Below are positions 10,127 to 19,989 of a stretch of DNA of 64,000 nt, in pieces (position 1 is the first letter of the stretch; every line of letters starts with the position of its first letter). Position numbers and translations under genes: made by a program. The stretch covers positions 118,867 to 182,866 of the forward strand of contig JAUWWY010000002.1 of assembly GCA_030616605.1 (NCBI GenBank), written 5' to 3'. This DNA is from a bacterium. GTDB taxonomy: Bacteria; Patescibacteriota; Minisyncoccia; Minisyncoccales; CG1-02-41-26. The notes under the pieces were generated by a model, which was not told the DNA's origin, did no database searches, and worked only from the letters and a program-made list of their open reading frames with translations.

Positions 10127-10690
10127 ATGGCTTACGAACAAAGAAATAAAATCTGTGTTTCCGGAGCAGCTGAGGTCTCTCATTGCTGCCCTAAAATAAA
10201 AGAATTATCAAGAGAGATTGGCAAATGGATTGCCAAAAAGGATTGTGTTTTATTGACCGGGGCTACAACTGGCGTGCCCTACTTTGCTGCCCAGGGTTAT
10301 AAAGAAGCTGGTGGAAAATTTAGTATTGGTTTTTCTCCGGCAAACTCTCCAAAGGGGCACAAAAAGAGTTATCGTTTACCAACTGACCAATTTGATTTAA
10401 TTATTTATACTGGCTTTGATTATGTTGGCCGCAACCTGATGCTAACTAAAGCAGCTGACGGAGTGATTATTGCCTGTGGTAGAACGGGAACCTTAAATGA
10501 ATTTACTATTGCCTTTGAAACAAGAACTCCAATTGGAGTTTTAGAAGGTACAGGTGGGACAGCTGATTTGATAAACGAAGTTTTAAAAAAGGGCTACAGG
10601 CCCAAAACAAAAATTGTTTATGATAGAAACCCTAAAAATCTAGTCCAGAAATTAATCAGCTTAATTAAAAAGGAACAAAAAAATCAATAA
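10127..10690 (+). CDS. LOG/SLOG-family nucleotide-binding protein
   Basis: LLTGATTG, GFSP, GRN, GRTGTLNEF, GTGG motifs. Confidence 0.8.
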   Translation: MAYEQRNKICVSGAAEVSHCCPKIKELSREIGKWIAKKDCVLLTGATTGVPYFAAQGYKEAGGKFSIGFSPANSPKGHKKSYRLPTDQFDLIIYTGFDYVGRNLMLTKAADGVIIACGRTGTLNEFTIAFETRTPIGVLEGTGGTADLINEVLKKGYRPKTKIVYDRNPKNLVQKLISLIKKEQKNQ

Positions 10691-10751
10691 TTTAAGTTTT
10701 TAAAATTAGAACAATAAAATAGACCTACCCCTTAAAGGTAGGATTTTTTTG

Positions 10752-10826
10752 TGGGCGCGAGAGGACTCGAACCTCTGAACCTCCGCAATGTCAGTGCGAC
10801 GCTCTAACCAACTGAGCTACGCGCCC
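10752..10826 (-). tRNA. tRNA-Val(GAC)
   Basis: Cloverleaf GGGCGCG...CGCGCCCA, anticodon loop CTGACAT, T-loop GTTCGAGTC; CCA not encoded. Confidence 0.95.
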
Positions 10827-10842
10827 CCTTCACTTCGTTCAG

Positions 10843-10915
10843 TGGGCACGCCAGGATTTGAACCTGGGACCGCCAAGTTATAAGCTTGGTGCTCTAACCC
10901 CTGAGCTACGTGCCC
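10843..10915 (-). tRNA. tRNA-Ile(UAU)
   Basis: GGGCACG...CGTGCCCA; anticodon arm CCAAG-CTTATAA-CTTGG; T-loop GTTCAAATC. Confidence 0.93.
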
Positions 10916-10918
10916 GAA

Positions 10919-12787
10919 TTATTTTTTAACTCTTTTTCTTTGAGTTTTTTTCTTTTTTATTTTACTTCCTTTTGCCAATTTCTCAAACTCTTCTTTTTCT
11001 ATTGTTTCTTTTTCTATTAAAACATTAGCTATTCTTTCCAGAGTTTTTCTCTTTTTTTGTAAAATTCCCATTGTTTTCTTTTCAGCTTCTTTTATAAACC
11101 TTTCAATTTCTTTGTCAATTTGAGCAGCTATTTTTTCTGAATAATTTCTCTCTTTTCCTCCTTCCCAACCCCAAAAAGACAAACTTTCTCGCTGATCAAA
11201 AGAAATCGGTCCAAGTTTTGACATTCCAAATTTGGTTACTAAGCTTCGGGCTAAAATACTTACTTTTTCCAAATCATTTGCTGCCCCAGTTGAGATTTCT
11301 TTAAATTTTAATCTTTCAGCACAATAACCGCCAAGCAAAACCGAAAGTTCAGCTAAAAATTCTGATTTTGTTTTAATTCTCCTTTCTTTTTTTGGCAAAG
11401 CCAGGGTATATCCTGCTGTCAACCCTCGAGCAACAATTGAGACTTTCCGGACTACTTCAGCTTCTGGGATTGAATGGGCAATTAAAGCATGACCTGCTTC
11501 ATGAAAAGCGGCAATCTCTTTTTCCTTTTTTGACAAAAGATGACTTTTTCTTTCTGGACCCAGTAAAACTTTTTCAATTGATTCTAAAAACTCTTCTTGA
11601 TAGATTTGTTTTTTGTTGCGCCGAGCTGCAAAAATAGCAGCTTCATTTACCAAGTTTGCTAAATCTGCTCCAGAGAAACCAGGAGTTCTCTCAGCAATTT
11701 CTTTTAAATTGACATTTAAAGCTAAAGGTTTTTCCCGACAGTGAATTTTTAAGATACCTTCTCTTCCTTTGACGTCTGGCAAATCTAAGATAATTCTTCT
11801 GTCAAATCTGCCTGGACGTAGAAGAGCAGGATCAAGTTGTTCAGGTCTATTAGTAGCAGCTATAACTATAACTCCTGTATCTTTTTCAAAACCATCCATT
11901 TCAGCTAGAATCTGATTTAAGGTTTGTTCTCTTTCTTCGTGACCTCCACCAATTCCAGGCATTCTTACTTTTCCAATGGCATCTAATTCGTCAATAAAAA
12001 TAATACTTGGTTGACTCTTTTTTGCTGTTTCAAAAAGGCTTCTAACCCGAGCGCTTCCGACTCCGACAAATAATTCTACAAAAGCAGAGCCAACTATAGA
12101 AAAGAATGGTACCTTGCTCTCGTTGGCAACAGCCCTTGCCAACATTGTTTTGCCAGTACCGGGGAGTCCCACCAAGAGAACTCCTCTTGGGATTCGAGCT
12201 CCCATTTTCCAGAATTTTTTAGGATTCTTTAAAAAATCAACCACTTCTTTTACTTCTTCTTTTGCTTCTTTAAGGTCAGCAATATCTTTGAAAAATACTT
12301 TTTCACCCTCTGTTTTACCAGTGCCAAAAAGTTTGGCTGGAGATTTCAAGAAACTGAAAGTCTGGGAAGCCCCGGTTTTGGCTTGCTTGAAAATTATAAA
12401 AAAGAAGCCACCAAGAATTAGAAGGGGAATTAAAATAGTCAGCAGAGGTATTAGCCAGATTAAACTACCTTCTTTTTCTTCTTCAACTTTTACAATGATA
12501 TTTTGAAGATTCTCTTTACCTAATCCGTAATTTTCTAAAGCTTCAAAGAGAGAAACTTCTTTTTCTTTTCTGCTAAAACTTTTCTCTCCTGATTTATAAA
12601 GAATCGAAATTTTTTCCCCCTCGATTTTTATCTCTTTAATTTTTCCTTGGTCAAGGTCTTTAGTAAACTGACTGAAAGGAATTTCCTTATCTTTTTTAAA
12701 TTCTTGAGGTCTAAGTAAAGCAAAAACCCCTGAAATCAAAAGAAATATTAAAATAACTAAAATAAAGTTTTGAAGAAATTTTTTCAT
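10919..12787 (-). CDS. ftsH: ATP-dependent zinc metalloprotease FtsH
   Basis: Two TM helices, [30 protein letters not shown]. Confidence 0.97.
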   Translation of the reverse strand: MKKFLQNFILVILIFLLISGVFALLRPQEFKKDKEIPFSQFTKDLDQGKIKEIKIEGEKISILYKSGEKSFSRKEKEVSLFEALENYGLGKENLQNIIVKVEEEKEGSLIWLIPLLTILIPLLILGGFFFIIFKQAKTGASQTFSFLKSPAKLFGTGKTEGEKVFFKDIADLKEAKEEVKEVVDFLKNPKKFWKMGARIPRGVLLVGLPGTGKTMLARAVANESKVPFFSIVGSAFVELFVGVGSARVRSLFETAKKSQPSIIFIDELDAIGKVRMPGIGGGHEEREQTLNQILAEMDGFEKDTGVIVIAATNRPEQLDPALLRPGRFDRRIILDLPDVKGREGILKIHCREKPLALNVNLKEIAERTPGFSGADLANLVNEAAIFAARRNKKQIYQEEFLESIEKVLLGPERKSHLLSKKEKEIAAFHEAGHALIAHSIPEAEVVRKVSIVARGLTAGYTLALPKKERRIKTKSEFLAELSVLLGGYCAERLKFKEISTGAANDLEKVSILARSLVTKFGMSKLGPISFDQRESLSFWGWEGGKERNYSEKIAAQIDKEIERFIKEAEKKTMGILQKKRKTLERIANVLIEKETIEKEEFEKLAKGSKIKKKKTQRKRVKK

Positions 12788-12792
12788 CGCTA

Positions 12793-13572
12793 TTAAATTT
12801 TTAACGAAAGATAAACTCGATTATCAGTAATTTCGATTATTTTTGCTTTAACTTTTTGTCCAAGTTTTAAAATATCTTCAGATTTTTCTTTTAAAAGTCC
12901 TTCTATTCCTTGTTCAAGGTCGATAAAAGCTCCAAAATTTGTAATACCGCTAACTTTTCCTTCAACTACATCTCCTATTTTATAATCTTTCAAGGTTTCT
13001 TTCTCAACTTCGGTTGCTTTTTCTGATAAAATAAGTTTATTCTTTTTTAAATCCAAATCAATAATTTTTACTTTTAGAGTTTTGCCAATAAATTTTTGCA
13101 AAGCCTTTGCTATTTCAGTAATATCTCCATCTTTAACTTTTGGATAATGTTGGGGAGCTAACTGGGAAACGGGCAAAAAAGCCATAAAGCCCTTTACTCT
13201 AGAGATAAGCCCTCCCTTGTTTGCCTTTTTGATTTTTACTTCAAAAGATTGATTTTTTTCTTCTAATTCTTTTAATTCCTTCCAGGCAATTTCTTTACTG
13301 GCATCAACCACTGATAATTCTCGATAGCCCTCTTTGTCTTCCAAATTTACTACCTTGGCCGACGTCTTATCTCCAATTTTCAAATCTTTTAAAGTATCCC
13401 GAGCTTTATAAAATTCAGCTCCATAGATTATTCCAATTCCTTGAGCTCCCAAATCCAAAAATAAAGAACTCCGGTCAGTAGCTACCACCGTTCCTTTAAC
13501 AATCTCTCCGATTTTAGGAGGAGGAACAATCTCTGATTTAATTTTCCTTAAAGGTTTTAATTTTGGAGACAT
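12793..13572 (-). CDS. rpsA: Short ribosomal protein S1-like protein (about 3 S1 domains)
   Basis: S1 repeats: GEIVKGTV, NKGGL..AFLPVSQL, GDVVEGKVSGITNFGAFIDL. Confidence 0.8.
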   Translation of the reverse strand: MSPKLKPLRKIKSEIVPPPKIGEIVKGTVVATDRSSLFLDLGAQGIGIIYGAEFYKARDTLKDLKIGDKTSAKVVNLEDKEGYRELSVVDASKEIAWKELKELEEKNQSFEVKIKKANKGGLISRVKGFMAFLPVSQLAPQHYPKVKDGDITEIAKALQKFIGKTLKVKIIDLDLKKNKLILSEKATEVEKETLKDYKIGDVVEGKVSGITNFGAFIDLEQGIEGLLKEKSEDILKLGQKVKAKIIEITDNRVYLSLKI

Positions 13573-13605
13573 AATTCAAGATATATAATTATTCCTTAGC
13601 GAATC

Positions 13606-13747
13606 AAGGTTCTGCTGAGCGTTAGCGAGGCATGGTTCTTATAACATAGTAAGAACCTGCTCGCTTCGCTCACAGAACCTTCTAATTACTGCGTTCGGTC
13701 GAAAACTGAAAATGAATTTTCAGTTTTCTCCCTCACTTGTAATTATA
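13606..13747 (-). repeat. Structured intergenic element, copy 1 (homologous to 28711-28809), including a long inverted repeat at 13606-13681
   Basis: Minus strand reads TTATAATTACAAGTGAGGGAGAAAACTGAAAA...TTTTCGACCGAACGCAGTAATTAGAAGGTTCTG...GCAGGTTCTTACT, matching the plus strand from 28711. Confidence 0.9.
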
Positions 13748-13811
13748 AATATACCTGAAAATTCTAGTTATTGCAAGGGAAAGGTAGTTTATGCTAATAT
13801 AAATTAAGTCT

Positions 13812-14465
13812 ATGCAAATTACCTGGTATGGACAATCTTTTTTTGAAATAAAGATAAAAAACGAAGAAAAAGACTTCCTCAGCTTAACTATTGACCCTTT
13901 TGATGAAAGTTTGGGCTTAAAAGTTCCCAAAATTAAAAGCCAGATTTTACTTATCACTCATTCTCATCCTGACCACTCAAATATTAAGGCTGTTAAGGGA
14001 GAACCTTTTTTAATTGAGGAACCCGGCGAATACGAGGTAAAAGAAGTTTTTATAAAAGGAATTCTATCTTTTCATGATAATCTTCAGGGCAAAGAAAGAG
14101 GAACCAATGTTATTTATAAAATTAAAGCTGAGGAGATAAATCTTTGTCATTTAGGAGATTTGGGTCAAAAAGAATTAAGCTCAGAGCAGCTTGAAGAGAT
14201 TGGTCAGGTGGATATTTTAATGATTCCGGTCGGTGGGGTTTACACTATTGACGCCAAGACAGCAGCTTCAATTGTTTCCCAAATTGAGCCCAAAATAGTT
14301 ATCCCGATGCATTATAAGATTCCCAGGCTGAAATTAAAACTTGAGAGTTCAGATAAGTTTTTAAAAATAATAGGAGCTGAAAAAGTTCAACCCCAGAAAA
14401 ATCTAAAAATTAAATCAAAAGATTTAACAAAAGAAGAAATCGAAATCATGGTTCTTAGCCCTTAA
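13812..14465 (+). CDS. Metallo-beta-lactamase fold hydrolase
   Basis: ITWYGQS, IDPF, THSHPDH, HLGD, PMHY. Confidence 0.9.
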   Translation: MQITWYGQSFFEIKIKNEEKDFLSLTIDPFDESLGLKVPKIKSQILLITHSHPDHSNIKAVKGEPFLIEEPGEYEVKEVFIKGILSFHDNLQGKERGTNVIYKIKAEEINLCHLGDLGQKELSSEQLEEIGQVDILMIPVGGVYTIDAKTAASIVSQIEPKIVIPMHYKIPRLKLKLESSDKFLKIIGAEKVQPQKNLKIKSKDLTKEEIEIMVLSP

Positions 14466-14466
14466 A

Positions 14467-14706
14467 ATGAATGTTTTTTATAAAAAACTTATTCTTTTTG
14501 GAATAATTGTTATTTTAGCCATTCCTTTAAGTCTTTTTATGATAAAAAACTTTCAAGAAAATTTGGAAAAAAGTAAAAATAAAAAATTTTTCAAAGAATT
14601 CAAATCAGAAGAAATAAAAGAGAAGAAAAATGAATTCCAAACTGAATTGGAAAAAATAGGAGAGATGATTAAACAATCAGCAACTTCAAGCACAACTACT
14701 GACTAA
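14467..14706 (+). CDS. Small membrane-anchored hypothetical protein
   Basis: Tightly packed between neighbours; N-terminal hydrophobic helix. Confidence 0.65.
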   Translation: MNVFYKKLILFGIIVILAIPLSLFMIKNFQENLEKSKNKKFFKEFKSEEIKEKKNEFQTELEKIGEMIKQSATSSTTTD

Positions 14707-14708
14707 TT

Positions 14709-17180
14709 ATGCCAAACGATTCTCAAAAACAGAATAAGGAGATAGGTTATATAAAGCCCCGGGAAATTACTGAGGAAATGAGAGACAGTTATTTGGATTA
14801 TGCGATGTCAGTTATTATCTCTCGAGCTTTACCGGATATCCGCGACGGTTTGAAGCCGGTCCACCGCCGAATTTTGTATGCAATGAATGAAATGGGCTTA
14901 AAGCATAATGTGAAATCCAGAAAATCAGCTACTGTTGTCGGAGAAGTTCTTGGAAAATTTCATCCGCATGGCGATACGGCTGTTTATGATTCTTTAGTGA
15001 GAATGGCTCAAGATTTTTCTTTAAGATATCCATTAATTGAAGGTCAGGGAAATTTTGGTTCAATTGATGGGGATTCTGCGGCTGCCCAAAGATATACCGA
15101 GTGCCGACTTTCAGCCCTGGGGGAAGAAATACTTCGCGATATTGAAAAAGATACAGTTGATTTTAGAGAAAATTATGATGGAACAAGAAAAGAACCTGTT
15201 GTCCTCCCTTCACCTGTTCCTCAACTATTACTTAATGGTTCATTAGGAATTGCCGTGGGAATGGCAACCAAGATTCCTCCTCATAACATTTCTGAAGTAA
15301 TGAAAGCTTGTATCTATTTAATTGACCATCCTGACTCTACCACGGAAAAGATTTTTCAATTTATTGAAGGACCTGATTTTCCAACAGGCGGTATAATTTA
15401 TGGTAAAAAAGATATAATCTCTGCTTATTCTCAAGGAAGGGGTCCGATTTTAATAAGAGGTAAAGCAGAAATTAGAGAGCAGGAAAGAAGCAATTTCCAA
15501 ATTATAATCACTGAAATTCCTTTTCAGGTTCAAAAATCAGATTTGGTTAGGGATTTTGCTAAATTAGTTGAGGATAAAAAGATAGAGGGGATAAAGAATA
15601 TCAGAGATGAATCAGACCGAGAGGGAATGAGAATTGTAATTGAACTTAAGAGAGAAGCTTTTCCGAAAAAAGTTTTAAATGCCCTCTATAAATACACGGC
15701 CTTGCAGAAAACCTTTTATTTAAATATGTTGGCTTTGGTTGACGGCATCCAGCCGAAAATCCTTTCTTTAAGCGACATTTTAACTTTATATTTAAAACAT
15801 AAAAAAGAGGTTGTTATCCGGAGAACAAAGTTTGATTTAAGAAAAGCAAAAGAAAAAGCTCATATTCTTGAAGGACTAATGGTAGCTTTGAAAAATATTG
15901 ATGAGGTGATTAAGACTATTAAGAAATCATCTTCTCGGCAAGAAGCTCAAAAGAACTTAATGAAGAAGTTCAAACTAACTCAAATACAGGCAACAGCTAT
16001 TTTAGAGATGAAACTTCAGAGTTTAGCAAAACTGGAGCGAGAAAAAATTGAAAAAGAACTTAAAGAGATAAAAGCGAGAATAAAAGAATTAACTTTAATT
16101 TTAAAAAGTCCTAAAAAAATAAAAGAGGTGATAAAAAAAGAACTTAAAGAAATGGCTGAGAAATACAAAGACGAAAGAAAAACAAAAGTTATAACTTCTT
16201 CACCTGGAGAAATTGGCGAGGAAGAATTAATTCCCAAAGCTGAAACGATTATAACCTTAACTCAAGGAGGATTCATTAAAAGGGTTAAACCTTCATTGTA
16301 TAAAATTCAAAAGAGAGGAGGGAAAGGAATTATGGGTCTTGAGGTTTCCAAAGAGGATATGGTTGAACACTTTTTAATGGCGAACACCCTGGACAAACTT
16401 TTATTTTTTACTGACTCAGGAAAGGTTTTTCAATCTCTGGTTTGGGAAATTCCTGAAATGAGCAGAATTTCTAAAGGCAGAGGACTTTTAAATTTTTTGG
16501 AAATATCCCAAAGCGAAAAAGTTTTAGGTCTTATTTCCTATGGTAAAGAAGATGAGCAGAAGAAGAAGTATTTAGTAATGGTAACCAAAAATGGTATAAT
16601 TAAAAAAACAGATGTTCAAGCTTTTCAAAATGTCCGTAGGAATGGATTAATAGCTATTAAACTCGGAAAAGAAGACTTTTTGAAAGAAGCTAAAATTATT
16701 GATGAAAGAGATGAAATACTTTTAGTAACTAAGAAAGGGAAATCTATTAGATTTAAGGAAAAAGATTTAAGAGCAATTGGTAGGGCAGCAGCCGGAGTTA
16801 GGGGAATGAGATTAAGTAAAAGAGATGAGATAATTAGAATGGACATAATAAAAGTTCAAAGTGCAAAACTCAAAGCGCAAAACTATCTGTTAATAATTAC
16901 TGAAAATGGCTATGGCAAAAGAACTAAGATTGGAGAGTACAGAATCCAGAAAAGAGGAGGTTCAGGGATAAAAACAGCAAGAATTACTGAAAAAACCGGA
17001 GAAATCGTTTTCTCTCGAGTAGTCGGTAAAGAGGAAAAAGATTTAATTGTTATTTCTAAAAAAGGTCAGGTAATAAGAGTTCCTCTTAGTTCAATTTCAA
17101 TTATTGGCCGAGCCGCATCCGGAGTAAGAGTAATGAAATTAAGCAAAGGAGATAAAGTAGCTTCAGCTATTTGTCTCTAA
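14709..17180 (+). CDS. gyrA: DNA gyrase subunit A
   Basis: [20 protein letters not shown] catalytic Tyr, GyrA box QKRGGKG, beta-pinwheel repeats. Confidence 0.98.
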   Translation: MPNDSQKQNKEIGYIKPREITEEMRDSYLDYAMSVIISRALPDIRDGLKPVHRRILYAMNEMGLKHNVKSRKSATVVGEVLGKFHPHGDTAVYDSLVRMAQDFSLRYPLIEGQGNFGSIDGDSAAAQRYTECRLSALGEEILRDIEKDTVDFRENYDGTRKEPVVLPSPVPQLLLNGSLGIAVGMATKIPPHNISEVMKACIYLIDHPDSTTEKIFQFIEGPDFPTGGIIYGKKDIISAYSQGRGPILIRGKAEIREQERSNFQIIITEIPFQVQKSDLVRDFAKLVEDKKIEGIKNIRDESDREGMRIVIELKREAFPKKVLNALYKYTALQKTFYLNMLALVDGIQPKILSLSDILTLYLKHKKEVVIRRTKFDLRKAKEKAHILEGLMVALKNIDEVIKTIKKSSSRQEAQKNLMKKFKLTQIQATAILEMKLQSLAKLEREKIEKELKEIKARIKELTLILKSPKKIKEVIKKELKEMAEKYKDERKTKVITSSPGEIGEEELIPKAETIITLTQGGFIKRVKPSLYKIQKRGGKGIMGLEVSKEDMVEHFLMANTLDKLLFFTDSGKVFQSLVWEIPEMSRISKGRGLLNFLEISQSEKVLGLISYGKEDEQKKKYLVMVTKNGIIKKTDVQAFQNVRRNGLIAIKLGKEDFLKEAKIIDERDEILLVTKKGKSIRFKEKDLRAIGRAAAGVRGMRLSKRDEIIRMDIIKVQSAKLKAQNYLLIITENGYGKRTKIGEYRIQKRGGSGIKTARITEKTGEIVFSRVVGKEEKDLIVISKKGQVIRVPLSSISIIGRAASGVRVMKLSKGDKVASAICL

Positions 17181-17184
17181 AAAC

Positions 17185-17706
17185 ATGCCAGAATTTGTTA
17201 ATCCAATTGAAATTTTAAATCAACTAGAACTCCAAAGCTCTATGATTGCGGCTGATTTTGGCTGTGGGACTGGGGGTTGGACAATTCCTTTAGCTCAGCG
17301 TTTAGAACAGGGAAAAGTTTTTGCCATAGATATTTTAGAGGAACCTCTTTCGGCTTTGAAAGCAAAAACAAGCCTCCAAGGCATTTCTAATATTAATAGA
17401 ATTTTAGCTGATGTTGAAAGGGGGGTTCCAGAAATCCAGGATTCTTCCTGTGATTTGGTTTTAATGACTGACCTTTTATTCCAGATTGACGAAAGAGAAG
17501 TTGTTTTTAAAGAAGCAAATAGGGTTTTGAAAACCGGCAGTAAAATTTTAGTAGTTAGCTGGAATGTAGATTCTTCTTTTGGTCCCAGACAAGGAAAGGT
17601 TTCTCCAGACGAGGTCAAAGAAATTGCCAAAAATTCTGGATTTAAGCTTGAGAAACAATTCAAGGCTGGCGACTACCATTACGGATTGGTATTTACTAAA
17701 GTTTAA
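17185..17706 (+). CDS. Class I SAM-dependent methyltransferase
   Basis: ADFGCGTGG motif I, VFAIDI, RVLK. Confidence 0.85.
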   Translation: MPEFVNPIEILNQLELQSSMIAADFGCGTGGWTIPLAQRLEQGKVFAIDILEEPLSALKAKTSLQGISNINRILADVERGVPEIQDSSCDLVLMTDLLFQIDEREVVFKEANRVLKTGSKILVVSWNVDSSFGPRQGKVSPDEVKEIAKNSGFKLEKQFKAGDYHYGLVFTKV

Positions 17707-17720
17707 TTTATAATGGAATA

Positions 17721-18116
17721 ATGAGAAAATTTATTGTAATTTTAATTCTTTCAATAATTTTATTGACACAGGCGAGTTTTATTTTGGCTGCAGCTGCTCC
17801 TGATTGTGATACTTATTGCCAAAATACAAGTACTTGGGACCCACCTGAAGGAGAATTTTGTTTTTGTTCCCCTATTTCTGCTACTTCTGTTGAAGCTATT
17901 GTAGGGCGCATAACCAATTGGGTTTTCTATATTGGTATAATTCTTGCTCCCTTAATGATTATTATCGGCGCTTTTATGTTCTTGACCTCAGCTGGCGAAC
18001 CTGATAAAGTTAGAAGAGCAAAAAAGCTAATTATCTGGACAATTATCGGTTTAGCAGTTATACTGTTTAGTAAAGGACTAATAAGTTTAATAAAATATAT
18101 CTTATTAGGAACATAA
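17721..18116 (+). CDS. CPR-type pilin-like protein (TrbC/VirB2-like hydrophobic hairpin)
   Basis: Signal peptide, Cys-containing variable loop, then IIIGAFMFLTSAGEPDKVRRAKKLIIWTIIG. Confidence 0.75.
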   Translation: MRKFIVILILSIILLTQASFILAAAAPDCDTYCQNTSTWDPPEGEFCFCSPISATSVEAIVGRITNWVFYIGIILAPLMIIIGAFMFLTSAGEPDKVRRAKKLIIWTIIGLAVILFSKGLISLIKYILLGT

Positions 18117-18159
18117 TAAAAAGGTCGAAAAACCTTAATTGATGTTAAATAAAAAGAAA

Positions 18160-18576
18160 ATGAAAAAAATATTAGCAGGTCTAATTTTGGGAGGATTATT
18201 GGTTAGTTTGTTTTTACCTCTGGCTGTTTCTCAGGCTCAAGAAGTACTTCCTCCTGATAGCTGTAAAATGGCGCATACTATTGCGAACTGTCCAGCTAGC
18301 GGAAATGATTGTGATTTTGACAGCACCACCTATGATTGTGGAATATGTTGTATGCTTAACACTATCTATACTGTTACTAATTGGATTTTTTATATTTTAA
18401 TTCTAGTGGCAGTAATTATGATTATTCTTGGTGGTTTTGTTTTTATGACTGCTGCTGGAAGTCCGGAGAAAACGGCAAAGGGAAGAAATATTGTTGTTTA
18501 TGCTGTTATTGGTATAGCCATTGCTATTATAGCAAAATTGGTTCCTGTATTAGTTAGAACTATTATTGGATTCTAA
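18160..18576 (+). CDS. CPR-type pilin-like protein, paralog of the previous gene
   Basis: Signal peptide, Cys-rich loop, GGFVFMTAAGSPEKTAKGRNIVVYAVIG. Confidence 0.75.
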   Translation: MKKILAGLILGGLLVSLFLPLAVSQAQEVLPPDSCKMAHTIANCPASGNDCDFDSTTYDCGICCMLNTIYTVTNWIFYILILVAVIMIILGGFVFMTAAGSPEKTAKGRNIVVYAVIGIAIAIIAKLVPVLVRTIIGF

Positions 18577-18600
18577 AAATAATTCTCTTTTAAATTTTTT

Positions 18601-18640
18601 AAAATCAACTCCCTCTTCTCTGAGATGGGAGTTGATTTTA
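18601..18640. terminator. Terminator hairpin after the pilins
   Basis: AAAATCAACTCCC...GGGAGTTGATTTT inverted repeat. Confidence 0.75.
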
Positions 18641-18656
18641 ATTAGAATAAAAGAAA

Positions 18657-18757
18657 TTGACATAGAAAGATATTTATGCTATACTAAAATAGTTAATAAA
18701 AATTAAATATTAAAATTTCATAAAAGGGTTGACAAAGCAAGATAAATTTGCTATAAT
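18657..18757 (+). promoter_or_regulatory. Two tandem near-consensus sigma70 promoters
   Basis: TTGACA(18657)-17-TATACT(18680) and TTGACA(18729)-17-TATAAT(18752), both with TGn extension; SD AAGGAGG before 18803. Confidence 0.8.
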
Positions 18758-18802
18758 GTAAACGTTCATTGAAAATTAAATATTACAAAAAGGAGGTTTG
18801 AA

Positions 18803-19219
18803 ATGAAACCTACAGTACTAATAACAGCGTTGGTTTTGGGTTTTGGTCTTCTCTTCTCGGGTTGTGCTTCTCGGATGCTCATAATCCCTAAAGATTATGA
18901 GGGGAGCAAAAAGCTGATTGAGAGATGGGGTTCTAACGTTACTCTTGCCGTTGTAAAAGAAGATGGTAGTCTGGAAGTTTATAATAACCGCTACCCTCCC
19001 TTCCCTCCCCTCGGCAAGTTTGAACTCACAATAGACTCCACAGGTGCTGTTTCTCATAAAGGCACTCTCCCTGGCTATGGATACTCAAGCTATGGTTACT
19101 CTGGCTACGGTTACCCCGGCTATGGCTCGGCTGTTCCAGGAGTTCATCGTAAACCACCCAGTAGTCCTGAGTATTACCGTAAACTACCCAATCGTCATGA
19201 AAGTTACCGTAGATATTGA
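18803..19219 (+). CDS. Putative lipoprotein with Gly/Tyr/Ser-rich repeat
   Basis: Lipobox-like LFSGC, GYGYSSYGYSGYGYPGYG, strong SD, own terminator. Confidence 0.7.
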   Translation: MKPTVLITALVLGFGLLFSGCASRMLIIPKDYEGSKKLIERWGSNVTLAVVKEDGSLEVYNNRYPPFPPLGKFELTIDSTGAVSHKGTLPGYGYSSYGYSGYGYPGYGSAVPGVHRKPPSSPEYYRKLPNRHESYRRY

Positions 19220-19240
19220 TAGCCATTAATCTCTAAACCC

Positions 19241-19276
19241 AAAAGCGTCAGTTCATAAAAGACTGGCGCTTTTTCT
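19241..19276 (+). terminator. Intrinsic terminator
   Basis: AAAAGCGTCAGT...ACTGGCGCTTTT. Confidence 0.7.
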
Positions 19277-19328
19277 TTGACTTGATTTTTATTATTTTAG
19301 AGATAGAATAATAAATAAAGTTTATTTT

Positions 19329-19411
19329 GTCCCCGTGGCGGAACTGGCAGACGCGTATGGTTTAGGACCATATCCTATTATGGGGTGCAGGTTCAAATCC
19401 TGCCGGGGACA
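19329..19411 (+). tRNA. tRNA-Leu(UAG)
   Basis: GTCCCCG...CGGGGACA, anticodon arm TATGG-TTTAGGA-CCATA, long variable arm. Confidence 0.95.
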
Positions 19412-19434
19412 CATCACTTCGTTCAGTGTAAACT

Positions 19435-19465
19435 AAAAAAACCGCGGTTAAACCGCGGTTTTTTT
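19435..19465. terminator. Bidirectional terminator between tRNA-Leu and hsp20
   Basis: AAAAAAACCGCGGT-taa-ACCGCGGTTTTTTT. Confidence 0.85.
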
Positions 19466-19466
19466 A

Positions 19467-19985
19467 TTAATCATTAGACGTAATACTAACTTTCTTTTTC
19501 TTGGTCTTTTTTGCCCTTGGAATTTTAATGGTTAAAATTCCTTTTTCAAGAGAAGATTTAACTCTTTGAGTATCAATGTTTTCCGGTAAAATTATTTGTC
19601 TTGAGAAAGGTCCCCAATAACATTCTTGATAAAAATAATCCTTCTCTTTATTTGCTTCCGGCTTTTTTCTTTCTCCCTTTATCAGCAACATCTCATTTTC
19701 AATTGTGATTTCTATATCTTCGGGAGTTACTCCAGCAATCGGTGCTTGAACACAAAACTCAGAATCAGTATTGTAAACATCAACCGTTAATTCTCCTTCA
19801 GATTTTGACCAACTCTGGGTTGTTTTCTTTGTTGCTAAGACATCCTCTTTTTCTTTTTTCATTTGTTTTTTTTCAACCCTCCCCCTTTTTTTAGGTTTTT
19901 CTCCTTCTATTTTTATTGGTTTTGTCACCTTTTCTGAATTTTTTTCAACCCCGATATCCTTTTTTAGTTTGTTTAAAAAAGACAT
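19467..19985 (-). CDS. Hsp20/alpha-crystallin small heat-shock protein
   Basis: VDVY, AGVTPEDI, ECYWGPFSRQIILP, GILTIKIP. Confidence 0.92.
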   Translation of the reverse strand: MSFLNKLKKDIGVEKNSEKVTKPIKIEGEKPKKRGRVEKKQMKKEKEDVLATKKTTQSWSKSEGELTVDVYNTDSEFCVQAPIAGVTPEDIEITIENEMLLIKGERKKPEANKEKDYFYQECYWGPFSRQIILPENIDTQRVKSSLEKGILTIKIPRAKKTKKKKVSITSND

Positions 19986-19989
19986 AGAT

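Noticed and set aside
13733-13957. 74-aa minus-strand ORF
   Set aside because: Antisense to the MBL hydrolase and spans a promoter region.
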